From assembly GCF_004010195.1 (NCBI RefSeq), contig NW_025215319.1, positions 42,485-80,864 on the forward strand: a DNA stretch of 38,380 bases, in the 5' to 3' direction. Within the stretch, counting starts at the first letter, position 1, and the number at the start of each line of letters is the position of its first letter. The position numbers and the translations under genes are program-made. Shown piece by piece: positions 35,312 through 38,380 of this stretch. Origin of the DNA: Chiloscyllium plagiosum. Lineage: Eukaryota. Under the pieces are notes generated by a model that saw only the letters and a list, made by a program, of their open reading frames with translations, searched no databases and was not told the origin of the DNA.

Positions 35312-35370
35312 CATTGGCACAAACAAGTTGGACCGAAAGACATGTTTCCTTGCTGTCTGACTCTATCACA
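35312..35370 (+). mobile_element. CR1/SINE 3' tail stub
   Basis: 'acaagttggaccgaaagacatgtttccttgctgtctgactcta'. Confidence 0.6.
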
Positions 35371-36159
35371 TCACAAGAGACAGTGTGAGGAGGGAATATA
35401 GAACAGAAAGATCCCAGGTTTCAATATCATCTCCTTGAGGGAGGCGTGCTTTCCCCTTTGTTGTACTAATCCTCACTAAGACAGCACAAGCCTGGATTGA
35501 TAACTGTCAACTTACTGTATTTACAAGGAATGCTCAGAACAACAGAGATGAAAATTAACATGAGGGTGGGGTTTGATCTTGGGACCATCGTGCACTCTGT
35601 TCGTTCTTCAATACTGTATCTATGTCATGTCTTCTGGACCAAAGTTTGATCCCTTAAATACACTCTGCTCTGTTCACTGTGAGCGATCTTACTGATCTGC
35701 AGGATTTACTGAAAGTTCCAGACCTCTTTCTCTATCTCTCTGGCTGACCGACTGTCTTCAATGAGGTGATGAACGAAACAGGAATTAGGAATTCTGCCGA
35801 GTCAGGAGCATCCTGAGTACCTACAGGAGACAGAGAAATGAACAGAATGGGTAATTAGACTGATGTAGTGAGGGTTACACATGGAGAATGGCACTGAGTC
35901 CCACAGAGATCTGGAAAATCCCAGTCTCCATTCCTGGCCTGTCCTGCCCCTCTCCCTGGAATGGAGAATTCTGTTGGCTCAGGATCTGGAGCTGCTGCAA
36001 AAGGTGCAGTCACCCGCATCAATTAAACCCTCACAGCGACAGATCTCACATGGAGAGATCCTGAGTGATATCACCAGAGTGCAGGAAGGTATCAGGATAA
36101 ACCACGGTCAGGAAGAAGGTGCACTGGAAGCAGCACTCAGGCATGAGGGAGCAATCAGT

Positions 36160-36441
36160 GGGCCAGGCAATGGCCTAGTGTTACTCTCAGTTGACTGTTC
36201 ATCCAGAATTTAATGCCGGTAGCAGGAATACCCATCTGACTGCTTAATATCCATTAAGTAAGGAAATCTGTTATGGGCTGCCGGTCTGGCCTACGTATGA
36301 ATCCAGACCCAGAGCAAGGGGGTTGCCTCTCAACTGCCCCCTGAAATGATCCGGAAAGATACTCAGCTCAAGGGCAGCTCAGGGGTGGGCATGAAATGCT
36401 GGCCAGTCGGAGACAGCAATATCCAACGACTGAATTAAAAA
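36160..36441 (+). mobile_element. tRNA-derived SINE (family 2)
   Basis: A box tggcctagtg, core 'aaggaaatctg..ggtctggcctac', tail 'aagggcagctcaggggtgggcatgaaatgctggcc'. Confidence 0.8.
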
Positions 36442-37529
36442 CACCCCTGCTGGGAGCAATGTCCTGGCCAATCATATCGGTGGGTTTATGGACAGGGCTT
36501 TGAACTGATAGAGAGGATGCAGGGACAGGGTTCAGGTGAAAGGAGCTTTCCAAATCCAAATGAAAATGTGACGCATCAGAACAGCATGGGGATGTGACTG
36601 AACACAAACAGAAAGGAACAGGAAGGCATAGAGTTTAACTAAAACTGTACTTCATTGAATTAGGCTGTGACAGGAAATTCTGGGAAAAGGTCAATTACAG
36701 TTTTATTTGGAATGGACAAAGTATCCGCAATAACTTGTGACACAGGGATAAATAAGATTTACTCACCAGAAAGATGTGGTTACAGGAGAAACTGTGCTGT
36801 ACTCTTCTGTGTTCTAAACAGGGGAGGGTTGCACTGGCAGGAAGAGGTTTCCAGAGGCTGGAGATGATGGGATCTGAATGAATAGACACAATTAGTAAGG
36901 TTTACTCTGAGTGCCAGACGTAACAGAAACACCGATGGCCTGATCTGAAGCAGACGACCCAGACTGGGATGGGTGTGGGGTTTAGAGGTTTCACAGGGAG
37001 GAAGGATCAGAGAGTCATAGGAGAGAACAGAAATGCGGAGGGCTGTGTGGCCTGCAGGTGTTCATGGAGATGGGGAGGTTGGGAGGGATGGGCCAGTTGA
37101 CAGGGATAAGAATGTTGGTCAGATGGAGTGGTTTACACAGTCAGAAATGCTTCAGGCGAATCGAGCAGATTATAGAGAAAAAGTGGGTTGTGTTGACTGG
37201 AGGAACAAACAGAGATATGGACAGCTGTCATGGCTAAAGATGTTTATAGATACAGGAAGGTTTAGGCTCTGCAGATGAGCAAGAGATGGAGGGTGTGGAG
37301 TCTGACAGATTTCCCAGAAGGGCAGTAATTTTGGTTGGAGACAGTTTCACAGATAAGGGAGCATTAGTAACCTCCTCCAGAATGGTCAAAGTGGGAAGGG
37401 TTGTATGGGATTTCCCTTCACACGAACAGTGACATACTGGATTCTTGAGATCACACTTTTAAAAGCCTCCCATTTGCCAGTTATTCATTTTCCTTCAAAC
37501 AGACTCACCCTTGATTTCCCCTTGCCGGT

Positions 37530-37735
37530 GTTGGACTGGAATGGGCAAAGTTAAAAATCACAACACCAGCTTCCAGGTGCAATAGGTCTATTTGGAGGCA
37601 CTAGCTTTCGAAGTGCTGCTGGAGCACAGTCATAGGACACAGAATGTATAGCAACAGGATGGCAGTGTCATGGAATATTAAACAAGTTTTGATTAAGTCT
37701 TTCATCTTTTAGAATAATCCACAGAACTTCTAAAT
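37530..37735 (-). mobile_element. Penelope-like element end (second family), hammerhead half deleted
   Basis: 'caaagttaaaaatcacaacacc..tatttggaggcactagctttcgaagtgctgct'. Confidence 0.7.
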
Positions 37736-37751
37736 CTAGCACTTCCAAACA

Positions 37752-38380
37752 CAGAGGGTCCTCGATTATCCAAATATCAATTATCCGTTTATCCAAAGGA
37801 GAACGCGAGGTCCCGATTGAAACATTACATCAAAGAGCTGTTTCAATCCTGACTGTGTCTTTTTTTGTTCACACTGATGAAAACTGATCTCGGCTCACTG
37901 AAATGCTGCCGAGAACAGTCGTGGACATCGAGCCCAGGTACCATCTCCAAATGACTGACCTCCCACCCTCTCTGGTTCTCCCCAGGCTTAGCCTAGAGTT
38001 CTACATAGGGGTAAATCCTAAACCCCCCTTCCCCAGATATTCTCTCGAACATTGTCCTGTACAGTGCAGACGTGGAACTTTTCGCAATTTTGCAGTAAAA
38101 AGATGTGTGTGGCCATATGTACGTGTGTCTGTGTGTGTGGCTATGTGTGCGCGTGTGTGTACATGTGTGCATGTGAGTGTGCACTATTTGGAGACGGAAC
38201 CACCAAAGGCAGCAGTTGTCTTACTGTTGGTGTCCGCTCCGGCTGCCCAGGAGGGGGAGGGGATGATGGGGGCAGGGGTGCACAGGGGGCCAGGCAGCCG
38301 GGGGAATGGGCGCGAACGGTGGGTGGGGTGGGCGGGGGGCAGTGTTGGACGGGTTATGGACCGGACAGGGGTCACTGCTG
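37752..38380. mobile_element. Tigger/pogo-like non-autonomous DNA transposon, left end (probably continues past window); TG-rich tract 38104-38183
   Basis: TIR-like 'cagagggtcctcgattatcc' with repeated 'ttatcc' subterminal motifs. Confidence 0.6.

Noticed and set aside
35640..35850. Strong minus-strand splice acceptor near 35821
   Set aside because: All downstream frames close quickly with no recognisable protein; could be a non-coding exon but unsupported
35881..36213. 110-aa ORF
   Set aside because: No recognisable domain, and the 3' part runs into a SINE

Overview
This is vertebrate genomic DNA from a cartilaginous fish, most likely a shark; the inference rests on HE1/V-SINEs with (CTAAT)n tails, abundant CR1 LINEs and shark-type Penelope ends. 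Most of the window is decayed mobile DNA: CR1 LINEs, a second CR1/L2-group LINE with its partner SINE, Penelope termini with broken hammerhead motifs, a PIF/Harbinger Myb relic, a Tigger-like end, several minisatellites and three assembly gaps. I see no intact protein-coding gene. The unique sequence between repeats appears to hold heavily decayed immunoglobulin-superfamily relics on the + strand. At ~13.9-15.0 kb there are three back-to-back V+J-type domains without introns, followed after a CR1 insertion by an antigen-receptor-like TM segment (~16.7 kb). At ~22.4-24.5 kb a V segment ends in CACAGTG and faces an RSS-like J, which reads in frame straight into further tandem V(J) domains. If real, this is a dead multi-V antigen-receptor-like gene with one rearranging V-J pair. 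These calls come from hand alignment across stops and frameshifts and need confirmation by profile search. A ~150-bp-arm palindrome centred on a SINE tail stub lies between that V and J.
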